In this document: positions 13,843 to 23,357 of the stretch, piece after piece
Numbering within the stretch: the stretch's first letter is position 1
Layout of the letters: each line of letters opens with the position of its first letter
Assembly (NCBI GenBank): GCA_965113315.1
Contig: OZ220364.1
DNA: 64,000 bases
Source of the DNA: Podarcis vaucheri
Taxonomy: Eukaryota
Reading direction: 5' to 3' (one strand)
Program-made: the position numbers and the translations under genes
The notes under the pieces: generated by a model
The model's database searches: none
What the model saw: the letters and a program-made list of their open reading frames with translations, nothing else
What the model was told of the DNA's origin: nothing

Positions 13843-14699
13843 GTATGCAGGGGGAATGGGAAGGAGGCTGCATTCCCTGTCCTGTTTGCCTTTCTGTCCC
13901 TAGAATGAGTCTCATGTAGGGTGACCCCTGAGCTGGGATTATGTGTTGATATGTCCAAAAAGTCCACATAGCACCAGTTCTTCTCTTCTCTTAGTTGTCA
14001 TAGATTATTATTCACATTAAATTGGATAGTGATGTAGCAACAAAAATGTCACAAAATCTGGCAGCCTGGAGTTGGGGTGATAGTTGAATTTTAGAGACTT
14101 GGGTTGTAGAACTGCTAAATCAGCCCCTTAGGATTGGGGTGCTCATACTTTCAGAAGTGTATTTATTGCCACTCTTTGTGTTCTTTTGTTTTTGTATGTG
14201 CATTGGAGTAATCAGGATTATTCATAGAAATATATCTTGGATAATTGTATGTAGGTTTGCATCATTAGAATATCTTTGTTTTAAACCTGAGAATTCTTGC
14301 CACTCTTTTACTTTTTTTTCTATAAACAAGAAGCAAGTGACCAATTGTTCCTTCCTGCATTCCTTTTAGTTTGTGCCGCTGAATTAATTTGAATATTGCA
14401 TGTCTTGATTTATTTAATTGCCTTGAGTTCTGTTGAAAAACCATTCTAGAAGTCTGGTAGATAAAAACATTTCAAATAGAAGAAACTAGTGAAACAGAGC
14501 ACTATTCAGCATCATAACACAGAATAAAACACTTACATTAGAAAGGAGTAGATTACATTAAAAACCTCTTCAGAATCTTCTATTTAAGTTCTGACCCTGT
14601 TTGATCAATAATGAATTCCCTTTCCAATACTACCATTGACTCAGCTGAGGAATCTATCAATTTCATCTGGAATTTCTAGTTATATATTGCATATTTCAG

Positions 14700-14817
14700 A
14701 TCTTGACTGGTGAAGACTGGAACGAAGTAATGTATGATGGTATCCAAGCTCAGGGCGGTGTCGATAAAGGAATGATGTTCTCATTCTATTTCATTGTACT
14801 GACTTTGTTTGGTAACT
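14700..14817 (+). CDS. CACNA1A: exon 16 (domain II selectivity filter [14 protein letters not shown]...FIVLTLFGN)
   Basis: tttcag| acceptor, U12-type |gtatccttt donor, 118 nt. Confidence 0.96.
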
Positions 14818-15343
14818 GTATCCTTTGTTGAGAAATATATAGTTCTCAAATGTTTATGGGACTAGATTATGAACTCTGAGGCAATAGCTACTGGTTATAA
14901 AAGCAGGAGATGTCTGGGAACGAGGATTCTTTGGTGGTTCTTCCATCTTTACTGTTGAATGTGTTGCATGGTTGGGGAAATACATCCTCAGTTGAACTTG
15001 TTTCCTTCTGTTTAAAATAATGGAGAAATTCCAGTCTGTCAGTACTGGGACCGAGAAATGGTAAAGTCAGTACTTTACATGCTAAAATAAAAGGTCCCCT
15101 TTATAAATCTTGGAATTACACTCATTTGGGACCCTCCTTCCGAAGGGAGTTGTGGAATAAGATGAACCTCTGGTGCTGAAATAGGCATTAGGTGTGGGTG
15201 ACTAATTCCGTTAACTCTGCAGTCTGGGTAACCATTTTGGGGAAACCCTGCAAGGGAAACCAAGCATTTGACAACTCTTCAGGTAGTCAAGTGAAAATGA
15301 AACTAGAACTGCTTTTGGTTTTGCCTTGACTCTCAACATTCAG
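14818..15343 (+). other. U12-type (minor spliceosome) GT-AG intron 16
   Basis: 5' site GTATCCTTT; branch site CCTTGAC at 15324-15330 close to the CAG; weak polypyrimidine tract. Confidence 0.93.
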
Positions 15344-15411
15344 ACACTTTGCTCAATGTATTCTTGGCTATCGCAGTGGATAATCTTGCCAACGCTCAGG
15401 AGCTCACCAAG
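15344..15411 (+). CDS. CACNA1A: exon 17 (YTLLNVFLAIAVDNLANAQELTK)
   Basis: attcag| / |gtggga, 68 nt. Confidence 0.95.
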
Positions 15412-15745
15412 GTGGGATTACTTCTCCACCACTGGGAAAACTGGGGCTACGGGGAGACATGCTTATTGAATGGGGTGATTACAGGGCTGGGTTTCCTGTA
15501 TACTGAAAACAGGATTGTGTAGGTGAATGGCTTCCCTCTGCTTCATTTTCTGATTACTGTCAGTCCAAGGGTTGGCACAGGTGATAGTCTAAACCAATGA
15601 CTAATTGTGTTAAAACCTGGTGCTAGCTGATCCTTCTTCCTTCAGATGTCTGGATGCATCCTAACTCTTGTGTAATTATGCCTAAAATTATATTTTGAAC
15701 CTCTTTCTTTCATGAACAGGACACTGGCTCTGTCCTGTTACTGCC

Positions 15746-15882
15746 AGGGTAGCTAATCAGTGGCCCTCCAGATATTGTGGACTCAAATTCCCATTAGCCT
15801 CCCAGCCAGCACAGCCAATGGCTAGGCATGATGGGAGCAGTTAATTCAACAACACCTGGAGGGCCACAGGTTTGCCATCCTT
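15746..15882. mobile_element. short palindromic hAT-like MITE (diverged)
   Basis: TGGCCCTCCAG / CTGGAGGGCCA inverted repeat; core CTCCCA...TGATGGGAG shared with 56415-56550 and 50539-50630. Confidence 0.6.
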
Positions 15883-16106
15883 GCTCTGTTGGAATTGCAT
15901 TTCTGTCATGAAAGAGGCAATTCAGCCCTTTCTGTGATTGGGAAAGGAATCACAGGACAGTTGTGAAAGCAGCTGTTACGGTTAGCTTAGTGGCACTGGC
16001 ATTTCCTCATGAACATTAAGTGCCCCCCTCCCCTGCTCAGACACATAGATATGGGCACTAAACCTCAGGGCAGTGGCAACTCAACTCTAATGTATGGGTT
16101 TCACAG

Positions 16107-16213
16107 GATGAGCAAGAAGAAGAAGAAGCTGCCAGCCAGAAGCTTGCCCTCCAGAAGGCAAAGGAAGTAGCAGAAGTGAGCCCTCTGTCTGCAGCCAACA
16201 TGTCAATAGCAGC
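16107..16213 (+). CDS. CACNA1A: exon 18 ([36 protein letters not shown])
   Basis: tcacag| / |gtaagt, 107 nt. Confidence 0.96.
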
Positions 16214-16462
16214 GTAAGTGTTGTCTTGATTTACCTCAGCCCCACATGACCCCTGGGTTTCTTTCTCACAAATGCAAAGCAGGGCAGGCTTACATGTAGC
16301 TCTGGATCTCAGTAAAAGGTTCCCACTGGGGGGCGAGTAGGAACAGTTTGGGTCCTGTAAACTGTGAGGAACACTTGCTTATGGAAGGAGAAGTTGGCCC
16401 TCACCAGCCCTTAGCCTTCTATCAGAAAGTGCTGGCTTCTTGCATGTCCAAAGAGAACACTA

Positions 16463-16778
16463 CAGTGGTGCCCCGCAAGACGAATACCTCGCAAGACGGA
16501 AAACTCGCTAGACGAAAGAGTTTTCCGTTTTGGAGGTGCTTCGCAAAACAAATCTCCTATGGGCTTGCTTCGCAAGACGACAATGTCTTGCGAGTTCCTG
16601 CGGGTTTTTTCCCTCCCCCCCCTTTTTCTAAGCCGCTAAGCCGCTTATCAGCTGATCCGATAAGCCGCTAATAGCGCTAATCCGCTAATCCGTCAATGGG
16701 GTTGCTTCGCAAGACGAAAAAACCGCTACACGAAGAGAATCATAGAACGGATTCTTTTCGTCTTGCGAGGCACCACTG
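16463..16778. mobile_element. young Tc1/mariner-pogo-type MITE
   Basis: TA TSDs; 22-bp TIR CAGTGGTGCCYCGCAAGACGAA with one mismatch; internal CGCAAGACG repeats; CpG-rich. Confidence 0.92.
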
Positions 16779-17484
16779 TATAAAGAGAAATGAGGCAGGA
16801 ATACAAACTGTGACCCAAATTACTCTGGTTTGTGCATCTTCTAATAGGGGTTTTTGCAAGTAAAAGTAGTAGGAGTAAAGTCTGTATGAATAATGAATAG
16901 CTGCCTAAGTCCAACCTGACCTTCCAACATTTCCTAGAGAGGAATCAATATGGCATCTGTGGTGGTGATAGAATAGCTAGGGAAGAGTAAATGGCCAAAG
17001 CAAGTGCTAGGAAAGATGTTCAGCCACAGTTGCTGTTCTGTTTTAACCTGCCGTTTGCTGAATCAGGAAGAAGAGCTTTAGTGTCAGCAGCTGGGCCAAG
17101 TCATGTCTGCACACATCTGGATTAATGTGCAACATTCATTCCTGTCCATGCCAGAAGCAGCATGTAAACCAAATTCTTCCTTTGGGCTTCCATGCTGCTT
17201 CCAGCATTGCCAACAGCACGTATAAGTGGAGAGTTTTACTCTAGGATCTTTTGCAACTTCACAGTTCTTTGGATTGCATTATGCTCTGCAGGCATAGCCT
17301 GACCACACCTGAAAGGAATGATTAATTGGCTGGATACAGATTGATTTAATAGGAACACCAGAAAGTCAGAACCAGAGCAGGAAAATTGGCGTCCTTGAGG
17401 ATGTGGCGTGAGATGGTCTTGGTTTAGGCAGGAGTGCTGAAGCTAAGGGTGCATTTCAAGAAACTGTTTCTGTTTTGTCTTCAG

Positions 17485-18294
17485 GAAAGAGCAGCAAAAG
17501 AACCAGAAGGGCGCTAAATCAGTGTGGGAGCAACGGACAAGTGAGATGCGGAAGCAAAACTTGTTGGCAAGCCGGGAGGCACTATACAATGAACTGGACC
17601 CTGAGGATCGCTGGAAGGTCACATTTGCCCGCCAAATGCGACCAGATATGAAAACCCACCTAGACCGGCCACTAGTGGTAGATCCTCAGGAGAATCGAAA
17701 TAACAACACCAACAAGACACGTCCCAGTGAGCCACCCTTGGACCCCCACTTTGGACAGCAGCGGCCTGAAGAGTTCCTGAGAAAGCCACCTCGCTACCAT
17801 GAGCACCCCCGAGACCCCCACATATATGAGCGCCCTGACTCAGGGAGCATGGAGCCACGACGCCCACGGAGCAGCAGCAAGGAAATTGATTTCAACCAGG
17901 AAAGTGGATACCATGAGATTGACTATTCTAGCAAGGAGCACAATGCCATCCTTGAGCGTGGTTACCGTGGTGACTGTGACTCACAGCGAATCAAGGCCTT
18001 GGACCCCCACCGCCGGCACCGAGGCAGCAAAGAGAGCCGAAGTGGATCACCGCGTACAGGCGATGGTGACCGGGAGCACCGGCGGCATCGGCCTCACCGC
18101 CGGGCACCAGATGAGGGAGGGGGGGAGGAGACAAGCAAACCTGAGCGCAGGCCTCGGCATCGTGAAGGGAGCAGGCCTGCACGCGGTGATGTGGATGGGG
18201 AGCAGCCTGATGGAGAAAGGCGTCGACGGCACCGACATACTGCACAGTCCACCTATGAAGCTGATGGCAAGGAGCGACGGCACCGGCGCAGGAA
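17485..18294 (+). CDS. CACNA1A: exon 19 (II-III loop, synprint region)
   Basis: cttcag| / |gtaagt, 810 nt; corresponds to ORF 17522..18298. Confidence 0.96.
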
Positions 18295-18960
18295 GTAAGT
18301 AGGGATAGAAAGGAGACTCCTCAGAAGCAATGGAGCCTGGTTCCCTCATTGCACCCATTCCCCTCAGAACACCAATTTGCCTTTAAATATTACTAGGCTG
18401 TTTGAGATCAGTATACAGTTAGGAACCTCACATTCAGATGTTCATGTTGCTGAAGCAAGACCAGCTCAGAACCCACAAGGCTATCTAGTGAGGAAATTAT
18501 TAGTGACTAGGTCATCTGCCCCTCTGGAAAGAAAGTTTAGTTTAGTATATGTGTGGATATGGTCAAAATAAGCAAGGCTCTTTTGCTAAACCTGCCATCC
18601 TGCTGGCCTATTGCTGTATTGAGCCAATAGCCACCAGGGAACTTGGTTGAAGCTGGACTGAAGGCAGTTAAGCTGGGGTAAGATTAATAGCTGAAATGAT
18701 AGACAATTTGACTAATGCAGCTGCATTATGTGCACATAGGAAGATAGTCTGGCTCTGGTGGGTTAAGGCAATGTCATGTGGGTAATGATGATGCAGCTTT
18801 AGAAGTGGAGAGTGTAGGTAATGCTTGTGCTAGAATGAAGCAATTGTCACATGAGCAGGTAGTTTCAAACCCCACTTGCTATTGTGCTAGTTGCATTTCA
18901 GTGACCCATTGATATAAACGTTTCAACCTGTGATCAAACTTTTTCTTTTTAATTATACAG

Positions 18961-19427
18961 AGAGAACCAAGGCTCTGGCCTTCCACCTGGACCAAACCTA
19001 TCCACCACACGGCCAATCCAACAGGATATGGGGCGTTTGGAGCCCCCAGTGGCTGAGGATATTGACAACATGAAGAACAATAAGCTGGCAACCAATGAGA
19101 CCTCAAACCAACATCCCATCAGCCACCCTCAGAATCCTACCAAAGGAGGCAGCCACTCAAATTCCACACCAAGCCACCTGCCCCCAAACCCACCTGTTCC
19201 CTTGGACCAACCACTCCCCAACTCTCAGAACTCTACCAGTCGCCGGACTCCCAATAATCCTGGCAATCCATCCAGCCCTGGACCCCCTAAAAACCCAGAG
19301 AACAGCCTCATTGTCACTAATCCCACCACCCAGAACAATCCACCCAAAACTGCCAAGAAAACAGAGCACACTGTGGTGGAAATCCCACCCACCTTTCCAC
19401 CACCAATCAACAATGCTATCATGCAAG
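18961..19427 (+). CDS. CACNA1A: exon 20 (II-III loop, Pro/Asn-rich: ENQGSG...[11 protein letters not shown]...ENSLIVTNP...NNAIMQ)
   Basis: atacag| / |gtgagc, 467 nt; corresponds to ORF 19028..19498. Confidence 0.95.
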
Positions 19428-19931
19428 GTGAGCACTGGGTGCACTGTGTCTGTAGGGCTAGAGCCAGACAACGTGGATATGAGGCAGAAGAATTATAGGC
19501 ACATGTTTGAGATGCAAGTTGGATGGAATTTCATGGGAGGAAAGGATAGAGAAGGCTTTGTTTTGCTTGTGTGGAAGGCAGGAGGAAGTAACCATCACAG
19601 GCAATAAAAGAGACAAAATGAATTTGTAGAACACTCACATAATGGTGTTTGTGGTTAGTTCTACCTATTTTCTTGTATTAGTGTAATGGCTGTGCCATCA
19701 GCTATGTTACTCCAGGTTATGTTTGTGTCTAGCCCAATGGCTATGTAAGTGGACTGATGTTCTGAGTGTGAGTTGGCTCTGTTCCTGTCACATGTGCCTC
19801 TTAGCTGCTGAATTTCTGTGTGTCTGTATCTGTGTTGCCTTGGATATCCTGAAGATTTGTTGTCTCTTTTATGCTGAGTGTATATAAACCTGTCAGAGGA
19901 AACTAAGACTACAGGAACTGTTACATGATAA

Positions 19932-20139
19932 ATTAAAAAAAATTCCTTCCAGTAGCACCTTAAAGACCAACTAAGTTAGTTCTTGGTATGAGCTTTCTTC
20001 AGATACTTCTTGTATCTGAAGAAGTGTGCATGCACACGAAAGCTCATACCAAGAACTAACGTAGTTGGTCTTTAAGGTGCTACTGGAAGGAATTTTTTTT
20101 ATTTTGACTATGGCAGACCAACACGGCTACCTATCTACT
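19932..20139. mobile_element. Penelope-like element insertion with inverted terminal arm
   Basis: 15-bp TSD ACTGTTACATGATAA (19917-19931, 20140-20154); inverted arms about 19935-20006 and 20012-20101; hammerhead motif. Confidence 0.85.
20012..20049 (+). ncRNA. minimal type I hammerhead ribozyme motif (Penelope-associated)
   Basis: GTAT-CTGAAGA-A-GTGTGC(AT)GCACAC-GAA-AGCT-C-ATAC: stem I GTAT/ATAC, 6-bp stem II, palindromic AGCT stem III, UC cleavage site. Confidence 0.75.
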
Positions 20140-20790
20140 ACTGTTACATGATAAGTATGACAAGCCACCATATTCTGAATTGCTGAGGACTTCATTGCAC
20201 AGAGCAGAATGTACACACTTTACACCTGGGAAAGATTTTAAAAAAAAAATCTGTTGCATCTGTATATATCAAGGGCTTTTAGTTGTAAATTATCTTAAAT
20301 ATTTATGACATGGTAAATTGAGTAAATGAAAGAATAAAATATTGGGGATACTGCTGGCCTGCTACACATATTGTCCAGGTCGGTGTGTGCTATGGTTCAA
20401 GAGGCTTTGTCTTTCTGACTGTGTTGGAGCATTTCCATACACAAGTTGTCATGCATCTGTCTGAGTCCTGCAAACCTTTGTGCAGATATTTTTGCATCCC
20501 AGAATTGGATGTCAATATCTACTTTGTACACTTCGTGTTTTCTGTAGTCATATGCAGTGCACCAGTAAAAAAACAAAACCAAAACCTGTTTCTATATGTA
20601 GAGTATCCAACATCCTGGTCTCCATATTTGTCCTTAACTTGCTCCCCAACTCCCCCCAAAGACTACTCACCATAAGTTTCTGCATATGCAGAACTGACTG
20701 GATCAACTTTTGCTAAAACGGTACTGGGAGGACTGAGAGAGGAAACATATCAAGACTGATCACTTTTATTTTTCTCCACCTATTCACCAG

Positions 20791-20929
20791 TCAATAAGAA
20801 TGCCAACCCTGAACCTCTGCCCAAGAAGGAGGAAGAAAAAAAGGAGGAGGAGGAAGAAGATGATGGAGGGGAGGGACCCAAGCCTATGCCACCATACAGC
20901 TCTATGTTCATTCTCTCAACCACTAACCC
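20791..20929 (+). CDS. CACNA1A: exon 21 ([47 protein letters not shown])
   Basis: caccag| / |gtaagt, 139 nt. Confidence 0.96.
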
Positions 20930-21573
20930 GTAAGTATTGCTCCATTATGGACTGAAAGATAGCTGGGAACCTGATACCATAGTTCACAAATGGTTAGAGT
21001 GTGTGAAAATTGGATACTTGGCTGGATTATGCAGAGGATTCATTCAGAGGATGAAGGAGGACTGCTTATTTGCAGAGACTGAGTCTTTGGGGCTCTGATT
21101 TAGGTTGAATATGTCAATTTTTGTGAACACGGGCAGAGAATGAGAAGGATCATGCTGGCTGGATTCATGAGACCGATCCACAACTAGGCTCAGAGATATT
21201 AAGGTTGGCTTATGCACCAGAACCTAATATATATTGGTGGCTTTGACTATTTTCAAAATATAAATAAATAAATAAATAAATCAGAGCTGAAGACAAATGC
21301 CCTCTCAAAAGTCTCCACTCCAGCTTGTGGAGAACTTGAGTGGCAGTGAAATGGGCATCACTATTTTTCACTGAATTTCTCTGGGGGAGAAAGTGGTCTT
21401 TTTCCAGCAATAAAAAAATACAGTGGGAAATTTTCTAAAAAAATATATATTCCGAGTAATTCTCACTCAGCTCCAAAATAAATATTTTATCTAATTCAGT
21501 AGGAGAAATGTAGCCATTTGCTCAGCACTTGTGACACCCTTCCACAGAATATGCTTTTGCCTATTGGTACTAG

Positions 21574-21703
21574 GTTTCGGCGGCTCTGTCATTACATTGT
21601 CAACCTGCGCTACTTTGAAATCTGCATCCTGATGGTGATTGCCATGAGCAGCATTGCTTTGGCTGCTGAAGATCCTGTGCAGCCAAGTGCTCCCCGTAAC
21701 AAT
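21574..21703 (+). CDS. CACNA1A: exon 22 (IIIS1: [43 protein letters not shown])
   Basis: tactag| / |gtaagt, 130 nt. Confidence 0.96.
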
Positions 21704-22892
21704 GTAAGTCCTTCCTGCGTTCCTTTACTGTGAATCTCCATTGCAGCTCCTGCTCTCCTCTGACTTTGAAGATGAATCATAGGATACCCAAATAGATATG
21801 TGGCCAGCTCTGGAAGGCCCACCGTTTAGATGGGGAAGACTATGTCTCTTAGTTAGCCTTGATGGGTACGACTATGGCCTGATCGAAATGTCTCTAGGCA
21901 GTGAGACATCTTGCTATAGAAACAAGTATTCTCCTTATCATTGGATGTTGTAGCCATGGTTTGCTACAAAATCGAGTTCATGAGCAGGGAATCTCAAGCT
22001 TGGGGCTGAATGTGGTCCTCCAGGCCTCTGTAGTTGGCCTTTGGGACCCTCCCTAGGCCATGCCCACTCTGTGGGCCTCCCCACTCACTGGCTGCACTCC
22101 CTCCTCAAATGCTTTTGCCTGGCTGGTATGTGTACTTGAACCGTGGTTCCTCTTTCTTGCCTGAATGGAAGTGTGTGTGATTCCTCACCGTGGTCTAGTT
22201 TGATGGGACTGGCCAGGAGCAAAGCTGGACAGTGACCCAGTAAGGACATTTGGGAGGCTGCTGTACAGGAGTTCCATCAAAAAGTAAACCAGGGAGGTCT
22301 GGTGGAATAAAAGGAACTCCTGGTCAGTTAGCATAAGTACCTTCCACATCTCTGCTGGTCCAACCTGCAGCTCTGTCTCTCCTCCTTTAGTAATAGAAAT
22401 ACGGATTTTATTATTTGTACCCTGCTCATCTGACTGGGTTGCCTACCTGCTGTTGCTCCCTTAATTCCACATTTTATATGGGAGTTCTTGGTATGTGTAG
22501 AGATGTCAGATGGTCCTCAGCACCTCATACCAGTGCCCTTGTAAGATCCATATTGTATTAGCCTGCTGCATGTTCTGTCTACATCTGGGATTGGTGACCA
22601 CCTAGGAGCTGTACTGACTGTCTGAACCTATGATCCAATTAGTATGGTTTTCAGTAGAGCCATGTAGAACTCAGCATATGATTGCATGGCTTTGTGATCA
22701 CTTTACCATACATTCCAAACTTTGACTGAATATGGATAGAGCTTGGAAGGAAGGAATGGGAACTAGAGCTCAATATCATACTGGAACTTAGGTGCATCTT
22801 GCTTATTTTCTGTCCTTCCTGCCGCTGTCCAGCTTTCTAACTGATTGAGATAATCTGATAGACAACCATACTAGGGTGACTTACCAGTGTCA

Positions 22893-23357
22893 TGTCAGCT
22901 GTCAAATTCATAATTCACTGGCCCCAGTGAGTGAAATGTTGGCGATGGGCCTTTGAGAGAGAAAACTATCAGGGGACTGCCATTGGAACAGGGGAGGGAG
23001 GCAGGGGGGCCGTTAGAATACAGAGAGCCTCCGAAACGCCTGAGGAGCAGTTCCTCTTCCAGCGGTGGGAAAAGCCACACCTCCAGTGGAGAGCTGGCCA
23101 GGAGGGACGCACGCCAGTTCCGTTGCCCAGATTGCGCAGAGGGGTGAAACGCAAGGAGGGGAGGAAGAGGCTTGGGGTGCCGAAGTTCTTATGTTGAGGG
23201 AGAAGCCGGAAGGGGCCACTCCCGTATTCTGCAAGTGACTAAGATGGACATGAACTTTGTAGATCTGCACTGTAAATAGTTTGCACAATAAAACCTGTAA
23301 AAGTCAGGTTGGAGTCCTGCCTGGTTACTCACGAGCAACCACCATCAGCATCTGACA
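22893..23357 (+). mobile_element. probable solo LTR (Gypsy/ERV-like)
   Basis: TGTCAG...CTGACA termini; AATAAA at 23287-23292 about 65 nt from the 3' end; GC/CpG-rich versus flanks; no clear TSD. Confidence 0.55.

Noticed and set aside
16463-16778. Regularly recurring CGCAAGACG motifs that look like a CRISPR-type array
   Set aside because: Short motifs in both orientations within a TIR/TA-bounded MITE in a vertebrate intron; no constant spacers or cas genes.
16214-17484. Search for a CACNA1B-type exon 18a in intron 18
   Set aside because: No matching in-frame cassette seen, consistent with the gene being CACNA1A.
17799-18302. 167-aa ORF in the +1 frame of exon 19, and the 170-aa ORF 19095..19607 over exon 20
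   Set aside because: Shadow frames of GC-rich, low-complexity coding exons. After splicing the +1 frame stops early in exon 20 and shows no recognisable domain. The known second cistron (alpha1ACT) lies downstream of this window.
17619-19471. Several minus-strand ORFs over exons 19-20
   Set aside because: Antisense shadows of real exons, with no independent gene structure.
22895-23288. Cluster of overlapping short ORFs on both strands
   Set aside because: Lies in a GC-rich LTR-like element with few stop codons; no recognisable protein.
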